From contig JAHZIB010000005.1 of NCBI GenBank assembly GCA_019419955.1, positions 2,167 to 66,166 on the forward strand: DNA of 64,000 bases, in the 5' to 3' direction. Positions within the stretch are counted from its first letter, which is position 1, and each line of letters starts with the position of its first letter. Below are positions 41,942 to 52,578 of this stretch, piece by piece. The notes under the pieces are model-generated. The model did not search any database, was not told the origin of the DNA, and saw nothing but the letters and a program-made list of their open reading frames with translations. The stretch is from Clostridiales bacterium. GTDB lineage: Bacteria; Bacillota; Clostridia; TANB77; CAG-508. Made by a program: the position numbers and the translations under genes.

Positions 41942-41970
41942 ATTATACTATATATTTTATTCAATTTCAA
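41942..41970 (-). promoter_or_regulatory. Candidate sigma-A promoter for the M23 peptidase gene
   Basis: TTGAAA (41970-41965), a 17-nt spacer, then TATAAT (41947-41942) on the minus strand. Confidence 0.4.
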
Positions 41971-42114
41971 ATTATATATTCTATTTTTTCGTATTTCTGC
42001 CATTTTTCAGCCATTTTCTCGATATTAAAAGTCAAAATAGTACATACTTTCCTCCGTTTTCCTCTTTTTTTCTCATTTTTCCTCACTTTTCTAGCTATTG
42101 ACAATTTGCAAAAA

Positions 42115-44823
42115 TTACTTTTCAGTCCAAATTTTGTTAAATTTAAATGAAAATGCACTTTTTAAGTCTTCGAGTCCATTTAATTTCTTTTGACCTTCCA
42201 TTATTATTAAAGGTAAAATTGAAATTCCTAGTGTGATTAACCATTGTACTCCATTTAATGGAACTAATTTAAATACTGATGCAAGTACTGGTATCATAAC
42301 TACTACTAATTGTAATAATGCTCCCAATACAAATGCCCCAACTAAATATTTATTTTCAAAAAAACCTACCTTAAATATGGATTCTTCACTTTTAACATTA
42401 AAACTATGTACCAATTCAAGCATTCCTAACGCTACAAATGCCATTGTTCTACCAACTTCCAACCCATATAAATTATTGCCTATACTAAATGCTATAAGAG
42501 TTAGAAGTCCCAGCATTGTTCCTTCAATAAATATTTTCCCCCAAAGTCCATCTGCAAAAATTCCTTTTTTGCTATCTCTTGGTCTTTTGTTCATTATATT
42601 CTTATCAGGTGATTCCAATCCTATTGCTATTGCAGGTAATGAATCTGTAACTAAATTAATCCATAGCAATTGTATTGCAAGTAATGGTGCTTTTACACCA
42701 AATAGTAAACCTAAAAATATTACTACAATTTCGCCTATGTTTGTCGCTATTAAAAAGTGTACTGCCTTTTTTATATTCTCAAATATATTTCTTCCTTGTT
42801 TAACAGCTTCAACAATTGTTACAAAATTGTCATCTGCTAATATCATATCAGATGCATTTTTAGCTACATCAGTTCCACTTTTCCCCATTGCAATTCCTAT
42901 GTCTGCCTTCTTTAGTGCTGGCGCATCATTTACGCCATCTCCAGTCATTGCTACTACGGCTCCTGTTTTTTGAAAAGCTTTTACAATTTTTACTTTATGC
43001 TCAGGAGAAACTCTTGCAAACACTGAATATTTTGATATATTTCTTTCTAACTCCTTTTCAGAAATTTCATCTAGTTCCTTTCCAGTAATTGCCAAATCAT
43101 TACCTTTTAATATTCCTAGTTCACCTGCTATTGCTTTTGCAGTAGCAATATGGTCTCCTGTTATCATTACTGTTTTTATTCCTGCTCTTCTACATGTTAA
43201 TACTGCCTCCTTTACTCCCTCTCTTGGAGGGTCAATCATTCCTATCAAGCCTACAAATATTAAATTATCCTCAATACTTTCACTGTTTATATTGACTGGA
43301 AGTTTAGGAATTGCTGTATATGCTACAGCTATAACTCTTAGCGCCTTTTCGGCCATCTTATCATTTATCTTCTCAATTTTTTGAAGAGCATAACTGTCTA
43401 AAACATGTAATTCTCCATTTAAAAAATACTTATTACAATGTCTTAATAGCACGTCTGGTGCTCCTTTTGTAATAGTTAAAAACTTGTCATTGGTATTTCT
43501 TAAAATTTTTTCTAATTCTTCACTTCCCTCCACTTTTTTTATATTCGTAATTTTATGTATTGTACTCATCATCTTTCTTTCTGAATCAAATGATAAATCA
43601 TTTATTCTCTCATATTTTTGATAAAGTATCTGTTTATATTTTCCTTGCTCCTTCGCCGCATTAACTATTGCAAGTTCTGTAGGTTCTCCCACATCTTCTT
43701 CAACATCTGTACACATTGCTCCTAACTCTAATATCAAATTTTTTTGTAGGTTTAAACTTTCTCCGTTCACATCCATTACTTTTGTTACTTGCATTTTGTT
43801 TTGAGTTAATGTTCCTGTTTTATCAGAACATATTACACTACTACTTCCCAATGTTTCAACCGCTGGCAATTTTCTAATAATCGTATTTCTTTTTGCCATT
43901 TTAGTAACACCTATAGAAAGCATAATAGTTACTATTGCAGGCAATCCCTCTGGAATAGCTGCTACAGCTAGTCCTACTGAAGTCATAAACATTTCAATTG
44001 GCTCTATTTTCTTCAAAAGCCCAATAACAAATATTACCGCACAAATTACTAAACATCCCATTCCTAAAGTTTTTCCGACTTCTCCCAGCTTTTTCTGTAT
44101 TGGTGTCTCTGGTGATTCGTTTGTTATGATCATCTTAGCAATCTGTCCCACTTTTGTATTCATCCCTATATCTGTAACTATTGCCTCAGCATGCCCATTA
44201 ACAACAATTGTATTAGCAAATGCCATGTTTATGGTATCCCCTAGTGCTGTCTTCTCGTCAAGTAATACCTCCGCATTTTTTGTTACAGGAATTGTCTCCC
44301 CTGTCAAGCTTGACTCCTCAATCTTCAGATTGTAGCTATTAATTAATCTACAATCTGCTGGCACAAAATTTCCCGCCTCTAGCAAAACAATATCTCCGGG
44401 TACTATCTCTGTTCCCTTGACTGTTGCTATTCTACCGTTTCTCCTTACTCTAGCCACAGGTGCAGACATATCCTTTAATGCCTCCAAAGATTTTTCAGCT
44501 TTCGCTTCTTGAATTAACCCCATTATTGCATTTAACACAACTATTGTTACTATTATTATGGAGTCTATGTAATCATTTTCTCCCTGTACAAATGAAATTC
44601 CTGCTGAAATAACCGCTGCCACCAGCAAAATTATTATCATAAAATCCTTAAATTGTTTTATAAATCTTACTAAAAGGTTTTCCTTCTTTTGCTCATCTAA
44701 TTTATTGGGTCCATGCTTATTGTGCCTACTCTCTGCCTCTTCTTTACTTAAACCTTGTCCTATATTTGTCCTAAGTTTCCTTGCAACTTCATTAATATTA
44801 AAAGACTGCCACATATACATCAA
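42115..44823 (-). CDS. Cation-transporting P-type ATPase (Ca2+/Mg2+ type, P2 family)
   Basis: Phosphorylation motif CSDKTGTLT, TGES, MITGDH and the hinge GDGVNDAPALKKADIG, with about 10 TM segments. Confidence 0.9.
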   Translation of the reverse strand: MMYMWQSFNINEVARKLRTNIGQGLSKEEAESRHNKHGPNKLDEQKKENLLVRFIKQFKDFMIIILLVAAVISAGISFVQGENDYIDSIIIVTIVVLNAIMGLIQEAKAEKSLEALKDMSAPVARVRRNGRIATVKGTEIVPGDIVLLEAGNFVPADCRLINSYNLKIEESSLTGETIPVTKNAEVLLDEKTALGDTINMAFANTIVVNGHAEAIVTDIGMNTKVGQIAKMIITNESPETPIQKKLGEVGKTLGMGCLVICAVIFVIGLLKKIEPIEMFMTSVGLAVAAIPEGLPAIVTIMLSIGVTKMAKRNTIIRKLPAVETLGSSSVICSDKTGTLTQNKMQVTKVMDVNGESLNLQKNLILELGAMCTDVEEDVGEPTELAIVNAAKEQGKYKQILYQKYERINDLSFDSERKMMSTIHKITNIKKVEGSEELEKILRNTNDKFLTITKGAPDVLLRHCNKYFLNGELHVLDSYALQKIEKINDKMAEKALRVIAVAYTAIPKLPVNINSESIEDNLIFVGLIGMIDPPREGVKEAVLTCRRAGIKTVMITGDHIATAKAIAGELGILKGNDLAITGKELDEISEKELERNISKYSVFARVSPEHKVKIVKAFQKTGAVVAMTGDGVNDAPALKKADIGIAMGKSGTDVAKNASDMILADDNFVTIVEAVKQGRNIFENIKKAVHFLIATNIGEIVVIFLGLLFGVKAPLLAIQLLWINLVTDSLPAIAIGLESPDKNIMNKRPRDSKKGIFADGLWGKIFIEGTMLGLLTLIAFSIGNNLYGLEVGRTMAFVALGMLELVHSFNVKSEESIFKVGFFENKYLVGAFVLGALLQLVVVMIPVLASVFKLVPLNGVQWLITLGISILPLIIMEGQKKLNGLEDLKSAFSFKFNKIWTEK

Positions 44824-44879
44824 CTCTCCTTTGTTTAGGTTATATTAATATATATGCAATCAGTCTTTATTTTATGACT

Positions 44880-45060
44880 ATTTCGTTTGAAAAAGAATTG
44901 TTTTTGGCAAAGTGCTTTCGTACACTTCACTCATTGTTGTGAAGGAATTAAATTTTGGCTAGGAACCTTTTTCTCAAAAAGGCAAGGATGCATAAGAGGT
45001 GTATGTAACCGCATTATTTTAAGAAAAGTGACACCTCCAAAATTGTAATTATTTCACAAC
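44880..45060. repeat. Structured, GC-enriched intergenic segment, weakly related to repeat family 1 (copy B)
   Basis: It shares the CATTGTTGT(G) block and several local hairpins (CCTTTTTCTCAAAAAGG; GAGGTGT...ACACCTC). Similarity to copies A, C and D is only partial. Confidence 0.3.
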
Positions 45061-45063
45061 AAT

Positions 45064-48000
45064 TCAGCTTAATTTCATTGACAATAACTTACTCACTCCA
45101 TTTTCCTCCATAGTAACCCCATATACAGTATCTGCTGCTTCCATTGTTCCTTTTCTATGCGTTATTACTAGGAATTGGGTTTCCTTACTAAATTTCTTTA
45201 AATATTCTGCAAATCTATACACATTCACGTCATCAAGGGCTGCCTCTATCTCATCTAGTACACAGAACGGAGCTGGATTTATCTTTAATATCGCAAAGAG
45301 AAGCGCTATTGCTGTAAATGCTTTTTCACCACCAGATAATAACATCATGTTTTGTAGTTTTTTACCTGTTGGCTGTACTTGTATGTCGATGCCACATTCT
45401 AACACGTTTTCCTCATCTTCTAGTTTTAGTTCTGCTTTGCCACCTCCAAATAGCTCCACAAATACTTCATTAAAATTCTTATTTATAAGTTTAAACTGCT
45501 CTATAAACTGTTCCTTCATTGTCTGCGTCATATCTGAAATAATTTTTCTAAGTTTAGCCCCTGTATTTTCCAAGTCTAATCTTTGTTCACACATAAAATC
45601 ATATCTTTCTTTTGTTTTTTTATATTCCTCTATAGAATCAATATTTATACTTCCTAATTCCTTTATCTGCGTACGCAGTTGATTTACATCTCTTCCTGCT
45701 CTCTGTACATTTTGTGGCTTTTCGAAACCTTCTGTATTATTTGGAGTTAATTCATACTCTATCCATAAGTTGTTAACAACCTGTTCCAAATCTTGATCCA
45801 ATTTTGTTTTGCGAACATCCAATTTTACAATTTGTCCTTTTAAATCTTCTATAACACTAAACTTTTCATTTATTCTTTCTTCCACTGTTTTTAAACTTTC
45901 ACTCTTTGTAAGCCTATCATTTTTTAATTTCTCAACTATTCCAGAACTATTATTTACTTCTTCTTCTATTTTTTCGATTTCCGCTTCTAAATCACTTATT
46001 CTCTGCTCTAATGAAATGTTTTCCTCTTTAATCTCTTGCACATTTTCGTACTTATGCTGTACACTCTTATTATTCACTTCTATATCTTGCTTAATTCTCT
46101 CAACCATCTCATCTATTGAACTTCCACTCTCATCAAAAGAAGATACAGAAATCTTTAAATTAGTTATATCAAAATTTAAGTCGTCTATGTATTTTTGAGC
46201 ATCCCTATTATTTATTGCAAATCCCTCTACAATTTCGCTTAAGTTCTCTATCTGTTCTGTCAAATTAATAATCTGTTCTTGTCTTTGCTCTTTTTCTGTT
46301 TCATTATCTACTCTTTGTTTTTCTAGCGCTTCTATCTCTTGCCTTAATTTGCCCCTTCTATCTTCAAGTTTAGCAATTCCGTCATCCATACTTATAATTT
46401 TCTGTTCTTCTGCTGCATACTCCACCTCAATATCTTGAAGTTCCTTTTCTAATCTTGTTACCTCTTCTATCACATCTGCAACTGACTCAGAATATTCAGT
46501 TTTTTCTTTTGAAATCTTTTCTATCCTAGAATTTATCTCTTTTAAATTCTTTTCTAAGTCTTCTATTTCCCTGCTTCTTCCTAAAATATTTACGGTCTTT
46601 GTCTGAATAGAACCACCCGTAATTGCACCAGTATTACTTATAATATCACCATCTAAAGTAACAATTCTAAAAGAATATGAATTAAGTTTAGCCATTTGAA
46701 TTGCAGTATCCATATTTTCTACAACTAAGGTTCGCCCCAATAAATTAAGAACTATCTGTTCGTATTTTTTATCACATTTAACTAAATCTGATGCGACCCC
46801 AATGACTCCCTCTGTACTATTCTTTATCACTCTATCTAATTTTTTCCCTCTGATTGAAGAAACTGGCAAAAATGAAGCTCTACCCAATTTATGAATTCTT
46901 AAATGTTCTACCAATTTTTTTGCATCTTCTTCTGTATCTGTAACAATATTTTGTAATACTTGCCCTAAGCACATTTCTATGGCTGTCTCATACTTTTTAT
47001 CAACTGAAATTAAATTTGCAAAAACTCCATTCATCCCCTTATTCAGGTTGCTATCTTTTTCGCAATCAGTAAGTAATGATTTTACACTCCTAATATAGCC
47101 TTCTTTCTCTTTTTCTGTCTCTATCAAAAACTTCAACCTTGAATCCTTCATTCTTCCTTCATAAGTTAGTTCATTTAAAATAGTATCAAACTCTTTTATT
47201 TTAGTCATACTTTCATTCTTTTTGCCCTGCTTCTCTTCCAATTTTTTTACCATTTCATTTTTCTTATATTCAATATCATAAAAAGCTCTTGATTTTTCTT
47301 GCCTGTCACCCCTTGCACTATCAATCTCTAATGTTAAGCTCTGAACTTCACTACTCGCTGCCTTTTTTCTTTTCTCTATATTCTCGTAGTTTGTATCTAG
47401 TGCACTAATCTCTGAAATGATTTCATATTTTCGGTCTGTACTCTTCTCAATCTGCTCTTTTTTCTCCTCGATTTCCAATTCCTTAGTAGATAGTTTTTTA
47501 GTAATTTCTTCTAGTTCTTTTTCTTTCTCCTCTAACTCTTTATAAAACTTCTCCCTATTTAAAAAAAGAGTTTCCTTTTTTTCTAGCTTTTGTTTTTCTT
47601 CTTCCTCTAAATCTTTTATCCTTTCCTTAACCTCATTAATTTCTTTTTCCAGTCTTTCTTTATTTGATTGATTATTTTGTATTCTTTCCTTCGAAATTCC
47701 TATTTCAGAATTAATTTTTTCAATTTTATTAGTACTCTCAAACCCTATGTTCTGCATTTCCTCAATCTTTAAAGTAAGCTCATCAATTTCTTCCTTTAAC
47801 TGTTCTTTTGACTCTTGCAGTCTTTGCATTTTCTCATTTTCACCTGCATTTTGTCCTTCTACAATATTAATATCTTCAACAATTTTCTCCAATTTTTCCT
47901 TATATTCAGAAATATTATATAAAAACAATCCAACCTCTATATTTTTTAACTCTTCACGCAAATCCAAATATTTCCTTGCTTTATCAGACTGCATCTTAAG

Positions 48001-48612
48001 AGGTTCAATATTAGACTCAATTTCAGATAAAATATCATTAATCCTTAATAAATTTAGCTTAGTTTGTTCTAATTTTTTCTCAGATTCTGCCTTTCTAGTT
48101 CTATACTTTACTATTCCAGCTGCTTCCTCAAAAATCTTTCTTCTATCTTCAGATTTATTGCTCAAAATTTCATCTATCTTTCCCTGCCCAATTATGCTGT
48201 AACCATCTTTTCCAATGCCTGTATCCATAAAAAGCTCTAACACATCCTTTAACCTGCAAGGAACCTTGTTTATATAATAACCCGTCTCTCCACTCCTGTA
48301 TAATTTTCTTGTAACTGTAACTTCCGTATATTCTATAGGTAATTTTCCATCAGTGTTATCAATAACCATTGACACTTCAGCAAACCCAAGCGACTTTCTC
48401 GCTTGAGTTCCAGCAAAAATTATATCCTCAGACTTTGAACCTCTCAAGGACTTCATACTTTGCTCTCCCAGTACCCATCTTATTGCATCTGAAATATTAC
48501 TCTTTCCCGAACCATTTGGTCCTATAACTGAAGTAATACCACTTTTAAATTCCAAAACTGTTTTATCAGCAAAAGATTTAAACCCTTGTAATTCTAATCT
48601 TTTCAAATACAT
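45064..48612 (-). CDS. smc: Chromosome partition protein SMC
   Basis: Walker A GPNGSGKSN, long coiled coils, a hinge, the LSGGEKA signature and Walker B VLDEIEAALD. Confidence 0.95.
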   Translation of the reverse strand: MYLKRLELQGFKSFADKTVLEFKSGITSVIGPNGSGKSNISDAIRWVLGEQSMKSLRGSKSEDIIFAGTQARKSLGFAEVSMVIDNTDGKLPIEYTEVTVTRKLYRSGETGYYINKVPCRLKDVLELFMDTGIGKDGYSIIGQGKIDEILSNKSEDRRKIFEEAAGIVKYRTRKAESEKKLEQTKLNLLRINDILSEIESNIEPLKMQSDKARKYLDLREELKNIEVGLFLYNISEYKEKLEKIVEDINIVEGQNAGENEKMQRLQESKEQLKEEIDELTLKIEEMQNIGFESTNKIEKINSEIGISKERIQNNQSNKERLEKEINEVKERIKDLEEEEKQKLEKKETLFLNREKFYKELEEKEKELEEITKKLSTKELEIEEKKEQIEKSTDRKYEIISEISALDTNYENIEKRKKAASSEVQSLTLEIDSARGDRQEKSRAFYDIEYKKNEMVKKLEEKQGKKNESMTKIKEFDTILNELTYEGRMKDSRLKFLIETEKEKEGYIRSVKSLLTDCEKDSNLNKGMNGVFANLISVDKKYETAIEMCLGQVLQNIVTDTEEDAKKLVEHLRIHKLGRASFLPVSSIRGKKLDRVIKNSTEGVIGVASDLVKCDKKYEQIVLNLLGRTLVVENMDTAIQMAKLNSYSFRIVTLDGDIISNTGAITGGSIQTKTVNILGRSREIEDLEKNLKEINSRIEKISKEKTEYSESVADVIEEVTRLEKELQDIEVEYAAEEQKIISMDDGIAKLEDRRGKLRQEIEALEKQRVDNETEKEQRQEQIINLTEQIENLSEIVEGFAINNRDAQKYIDDLNFDITNLKISVSSFDESGSSIDEMVERIKQDIEVNNKSVQHKYENVQEIKEENISLEQRISDLEAEIEKIEEEVNNSSGIVEKLKNDRLTKSESLKTVEERINEKFSVIEDLKGQIVKLDVRKTKLDQDLEQVVNNLWIEYELTPNNTEGFEKPQNVQRAGRDVNQLRTQIKELGSINIDSIEEYKKTKERYDFMCEQRLDLENTGAKLRKIISDMTQTMKEQFIEQFKLINKNFNEVFVELFGGGKAELKLEDEENVLECGIDIQVQPTGKKLQNMMLLSGGEKAFTAIALLFAILKINPAPFCVLDEIEAALDDVNVYRFAEYLKKFSKETQFLVITHRKGTMEAADTVYGVTMEENGVSKLLSMKLS

Positions 48613-48736
48613 ATTATTCTCCTTTTATCTTAAGTCATCATATCGTAAATTATATAGCAATTTATGCTTTTTTTCAATAAATTTCCGTTTTTTTGTACAA
48701 AATGGGACAAAAAAAGAGCAATATTGCCCTTTTTCG

Positions 48737-49072
48737 TTAAGAAACATTGCTCTTATTAAAATATTCAATCATATGAATTATTGTTTCTTGGTTATTGGGC
48801 TTTAACTTATCAAATCCAAACAAAGCACTATTTATTTCTCTTTTTCCTTTAACATCTAAATATGTGCTAAATATTTCATCTAATCCAATACCAAATAAAT
48901 TGCATATTCTAACTAACACTTCATATGACGGCTTCGACCTGTCCTGTTCTATGTCTCCTATGTACCTAGGTGAACATTCAATCGCTTCAGCTAATTTTTC
49001 TTGTGTATAGCCATGGCTCTTTCTTATTGCCTGTATGTTCTTTCCGATTTTTATTACCCTTGCTTTTTTCAT
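48737..49072 (-). CDS. XRE-family HTH transcriptional regulator (111 aa)
   Basis: HTH_3 pattern (IRKSHGYTQEKLAEAIECSPRYIGDIEQDRSKPS). Confidence 0.7.
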   Translation of the reverse strand: MKKARVIKIGKNIQAIRKSHGYTQEKLAEAIECSPRYIGDIEQDRSKPSYEVLVRICNLFGIGLDEIFSTYLDVKGKREINSALFGFDKLKPNNQETIIHMIEYFNKSNVS

Positions 49073-49192
49073 ATTTCACCCCTTCGAATAAAATTTTACA
49101 AATATATGATAGCAAAGGTAACCATTAGATAAAACGAATTAAAAACGTACGCAGTACTTATATGTTTCTGTTTACGCGGTGTTAAATTATTT

Positions 49193-50488
49193 TTAATGGT
49201 TTGTATATTTAAATTTATTCATTATATATTCAACATCTATTATCAAAATTTTTCTATTTTCCATAAGTACATTGCCATTAACAATAGTTGTATCTACACT
49301 ATTTCCATTTGTGTTATATACAAGATTCGAAATTATATCATTGTTAGGTATAAGTTTTATATTATCCAATTTTTCTCCTATATCTACAATAATAATGTCT
49401 GCTTCTTTTCCTTCTTCAATACTCCCTATCTTATTCTCTAATCCTAGCAACTTTGCACCATTTATTGTAGCCATCTTTATTACATCCTTAGAGGAAATTT
49501 TTTCCTCATTTTCATATATGCCACCTTGAATAAGCCCTGCAATTTTCATAGTCTCAAACATATCAAGATTGTTTCCTGATCCCTGCCCATCTGTGCCAAG
49601 TGCAACATTTAATCCCCTATGCAAATACTTCGTAGTATCTGCAATTTTGCAACCAAGCCTTAAATTTGAAACAGGATTATGTGAAATACCACAATCCATA
49701 TTTTTAAGAATTGCCAAAGTCTGCTCATCAATTTTTACCCCATGAGCTAAAATAACATGTAATCCATCAAAATATTTTTTTAAAACCTCTCCTGCTGTCA
49801 TATTGTGCATTTTCTTTATATCTTCTATTTCATCTATACTCTCCAAAAAATGAACATGAATTGGCAGATTATACTTTTTAGCTAAATTCTTTGACTCTTC
49901 TAATACTTTTCCAGAGCATGTATATAACCCGTGTGGAGCTACTGAGTAAGTGATTAATTCATTATTTTTATCTCTGGTTTCATATAACTTTATAAATTCC
50001 TCAATTCTATTATTTGAAGCTTTTTCCCCATCAGTATCCATTAAAACTCTAGTAATCACTGCTCTCATCTTGCTTTCTTCTAAAGCTTTTCTTATTTCTT
50101 CTGAGAAAAAATAATGGTCATTAACACATGTAGTTCCAGTAGATAACATTTCAATAATTGACAACATACTAGCATTATATACTTCTTCTTGAGTAAGTTT
50201 AGCTTCTCTAGGCCAAATTTTTTCATTTAACCATGTATATAAATTGCAACCTTCAAAAGTACCTCTAAAAATGCTCATTGCAATATGTGCATGTGTATTA
50301 ACTAACCCAGGCATTACAACTTTATTACTTGCATCAATCACTTTTTCATTAATTTCTGGCTCTATTTTTTCACAAATTTTACTAATTAAGTTCTCTCTTA
50401 TTCTAATATCTAATTTCTTTACCTTAACATCATTACTTTCAAAAATTATTACATTTCCATTCTTTATTAACATCAATTCCAACCCCAT
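49193..50488 (-). CDS. Amidohydrolase-superfamily deaminase (MtaD / 5-methylthioadenosine-S-adenosylhomocysteine deaminase-like)
   Basis: Metal-binding NTHAHIAM (HxH) and later HGV and ALGTDG motifs. Start uncertain (M1 or MLIKNGNV). Confidence 0.7.
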   Translation of the reverse strand: MGLELMLIKNGNVIIFESNDVKVKKLDIRIRENLISKICEKIEPEINEKVIDASNKVVMPGLVNTHAHIAMSIFRGTFEGCNLYTWLNEKIWPREAKLTQEEVYNASMLSIIEMLSTGTTCVNDHYFFSEEIRKALEESKMRAVITRVLMDTDGEKASNNRIEEFIKLYETRDKNNELITYSVAPHGLYTCSGKVLEESKNLAKKYNLPIHVHFLESIDEIEDIKKMHNMTAGEVLKKYFDGLHVILAHGVKIDEQTLAILKNMDCGISHNPVSNLRLGCKIADTTKYLHRGLNVALGTDGQGSGNNLDMFETMKIAGLIQGGIYENEEKISSKDVIKMATINGAKLLGLENKIGSIEEGKEADIIIVDIGEKLDNIKLIPNNDIISNLVYNTNGNSVDTTIVNGNVLMENRKILIIDVEYIMNKFKYTNH

Positions 50489-50559
50489 TTTTTTTTAATA
50501 ATATTTAACTTTTTATATTATATATTAAATATTATTTTGTTTCAATATTTTACTAAGTT

Positions 50560-50596
50560 AAATGTCGCTATAGGTTAACTTCCTATAGCGACATTT
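50560..50596 (-). terminator. Strong 15-bp-stem hairpin in the amidohydrolase/HD-GYP divergent spacer
   Basis: AAATGTCGCTATAGG-TTAACTT-CCTATAGCGACATTT. It lies about 80 nt downstream of an unlisted 46-codon minus-strand ORF (50676-50816). Confidence 0.45.
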
Positions 50597-51135
50597 GCTA
50601 TAAAACTGATATTAATCTCCAGCTAAAAACAATATACCTACCTTATAACCTAATATACATTACTGCATAAATAAGCTAATCACCAAATATATTGCTCATT
50701 TGCTCGACTACAAATGCACCCATAATAGCCATATTCATCCTCAAAGGACTAATAACAACCACTATTAAATACAAGAATAATCTTAACTTCGAATATATTA
50801 CATATGGTTCAACCATACATTTATAAAATTATACCTACAGAAAATAAAATTGAATAAATATAACTTTTGTATAGCTTTAGCACAAATAATATACTCTCAT
50901 CGCCGACATATACTAATATAAGGTCATTACACTATTATACATCTTTGCTCGAATAAAATACAACATGTAAGATCACATCATATGTTACTCTTATTTCAAC
51001 TAATATCAATCTTATGTTATTATTATGTTCATTTATTTTTTTATTATTCATTTTTTTGAAAAAATTATTGTTTTTTTATAATTTTTATTGTATGATTAAT
51101 TTATAACTGAAGAAAAGAGGTAAGGAAAAACTTAT

Positions 51136-52068
51136 ATGAAAAATGAAAAGTTTGATTTCTATAGTCCTATTAATTTAAAGTCCTATAATTTAGACAAAAC
51201 CATGCGCTATCAACTAGATGTTTTGGGAAGCCTAGATTTTTTTACACGTAGACATAGTGAAAACGTTGCAAATTTGGTTTGTAGAATTTGCGAATATTTA
51301 CACTGCAACCAAAAATTTACAATTTATTGTACTATTTCTGCATATCTACACGATATAGGAAAACTTTTTATTCCTTTAGAAATATTAAATAAACCAACTA
51401 AGCTTACTGATGAGGAATTTGAGATAATGAAAACACATACAACCAAAGGTTATGAAATGTGTATGAAAGATTTGAAGTTAAGACCATATGCAATTGGCGC
51501 ACTAGACCATCATGAAGCGTTGAACGGCACAGGTTATCCAAATGGTATAACTAATATTCCGATGGAAGCTCAAATTATTCGTGTTGCAGATGAGTATGAT
51601 GCTATTGTAACTAAAAGACAGTACAAAACTCATGTTAATATTTCTGATACATTAAGAGATTTGATTAAAGATGCACAACCAGATCCAAAATTTATAGCAC
51701 TTGACCATCTTGCACAAAACTATAAAGTGGGAAAAATTAATAAAAGAGTTCTTCGTATGTTATTCAAAGTTGTTATAGATGATATCCTATATGAAATTAG
51801 CTGTCTATATGAATATATAGATTATTTAAAAGAAAATATTAAAAGGTTAGAATTAATTTTGAAATATTCTGATAAAATGGATGAAGCCAAAACCGATAAG
51901 AAAAAATCGTATTATAAAGAGGGCATGAAAATGTTGTTTCAGGTTGACGAAAATTTTAATAATTATAGACAAGTCTACGATGATTACAAAGAAGCTCTGA
52001 ATATTAGAACTGATAGAGTACAAAAACTTTACGATGAGATTAAAATTATAAAGAAATTAGAAATTTGA
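51136..52068 (+). CDS. HD-GYP domain protein (putative cyclic-di-GMP phosphodiesterase)
   Basis: HD motif (YLHDIGKLFIP), HHEALNGTGYPNG (GYP) and RVADEYDAI. The C-terminal about 120 aa are unassigned. Confidence 0.75.
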   Translation: MKNEKFDFYSPINLKSYNLDKTMRYQLDVLGSLDFFTRRHSENVANLVCRICEYLHCNQKFTIYCTISAYLHDIGKLFIPLEILNKPTKLTDEEFEIMKTHTTKGYEMCMKDLKLRPYAIGALDHHEALNGTGYPNGITNIPMEAQIIRVADEYDAIVTKRQYKTHVNISDTLRDLIKDAQPDPKFIALDHLAQNYKVGKINKRVLRMLFKVVIDDILYEISCLYEYIDYLKENIKRLELILKYSDKMDEAKTDKKKSYYKEGMKMLFQVDENFNNYRQVYDDYKEALNIRTDRVQKLYDEIKIIKKLEI

Positions 52069-52082
52069 GTTATAAATGTATT

Positions 52083-52112
52083 AAGGACACATCTATCTAG
52101 TAAGATGTGTCC
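52083..52112. terminator. Bidirectional hairpin terminator
   Basis: AGGACACATCT-loop-AGATGTGTCCT, between the convergent HD-GYP and mazF genes. Confidence 0.55.
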
Positions 52113-52151
52113 TATAATATTTTGCAAATAAGGCAATAACCTATGTTGGTC

Positions 52152-52499
52152 TTATTCTAGTCCAAAGCTTACTCCTAAAGCATTATTCACCTGATTTATT
52201 ATCTTTTCATCATCAATATGACCTATTTTTTCTTTCAATCTGCTTTTATCTATAGTTCTAATTTGTTCCGTTAGAACAACTGAATCAGCCTTTAATCCAT
52301 TATCTTGTGAACCAATTTCGATATGTGTTGGTAATTTGTTTTTTCCAGTCTGTGATGTAATTGCTGCAGCTATAACTGTTGGACTATGCTTATTTCCAAT
52401 ATCGTTCTGAATAATTAAAACAGGTCTTATCCCTCCCTGTTCAGATCCTACAACTGGACTTAAGTCTGCATAAAACATATCTCCTCTTTTTATTACCAT
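52152..52499 (-). CDS. mazF: MazF/EndoA (PemK-family) endoribonuclease toxin
   Basis: [43 protein letters not shown] closely follows the MazF/NdoA pattern. ATG 52499 lies behind AGGAGTG. Confidence 0.85.
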   Translation of the reverse strand: MVIKRGDMFYADLSPVVGSEQGGIRPVLIIQNDIGNKHSPTVIAAAITSQTGKNKLPTHIEIGSQDNGLKADSVVLTEQIRTIDKSRLKEKIGHIDDEKIINQVNNALGVSFGLE

Positions 52500-52578
52500 A
52501 TTATTCACTCCTAATAATTTGTATATTTAAGGCCTATTTTTTAATATATTTCAAATTTAGTTCAAAGCACAAAATAAA

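Noticed and set aside
41967-42158. 63-aa minus-strand ORF (MHFHLNLTKFGL...GKRRKV...) containing an in-phase CGG (42056-42054) with no frame break.
   Set aside because: It overlaps the 3' end of the P-type ATPase gene by 44 nt and runs through the ATPase-to-M23 intergenic promoter region. It has no SD and a highly basic, low-complexity product, so I treat it as spurious. If it were real, it would be a counter-example to the CGG frame-break rule and should be checked.
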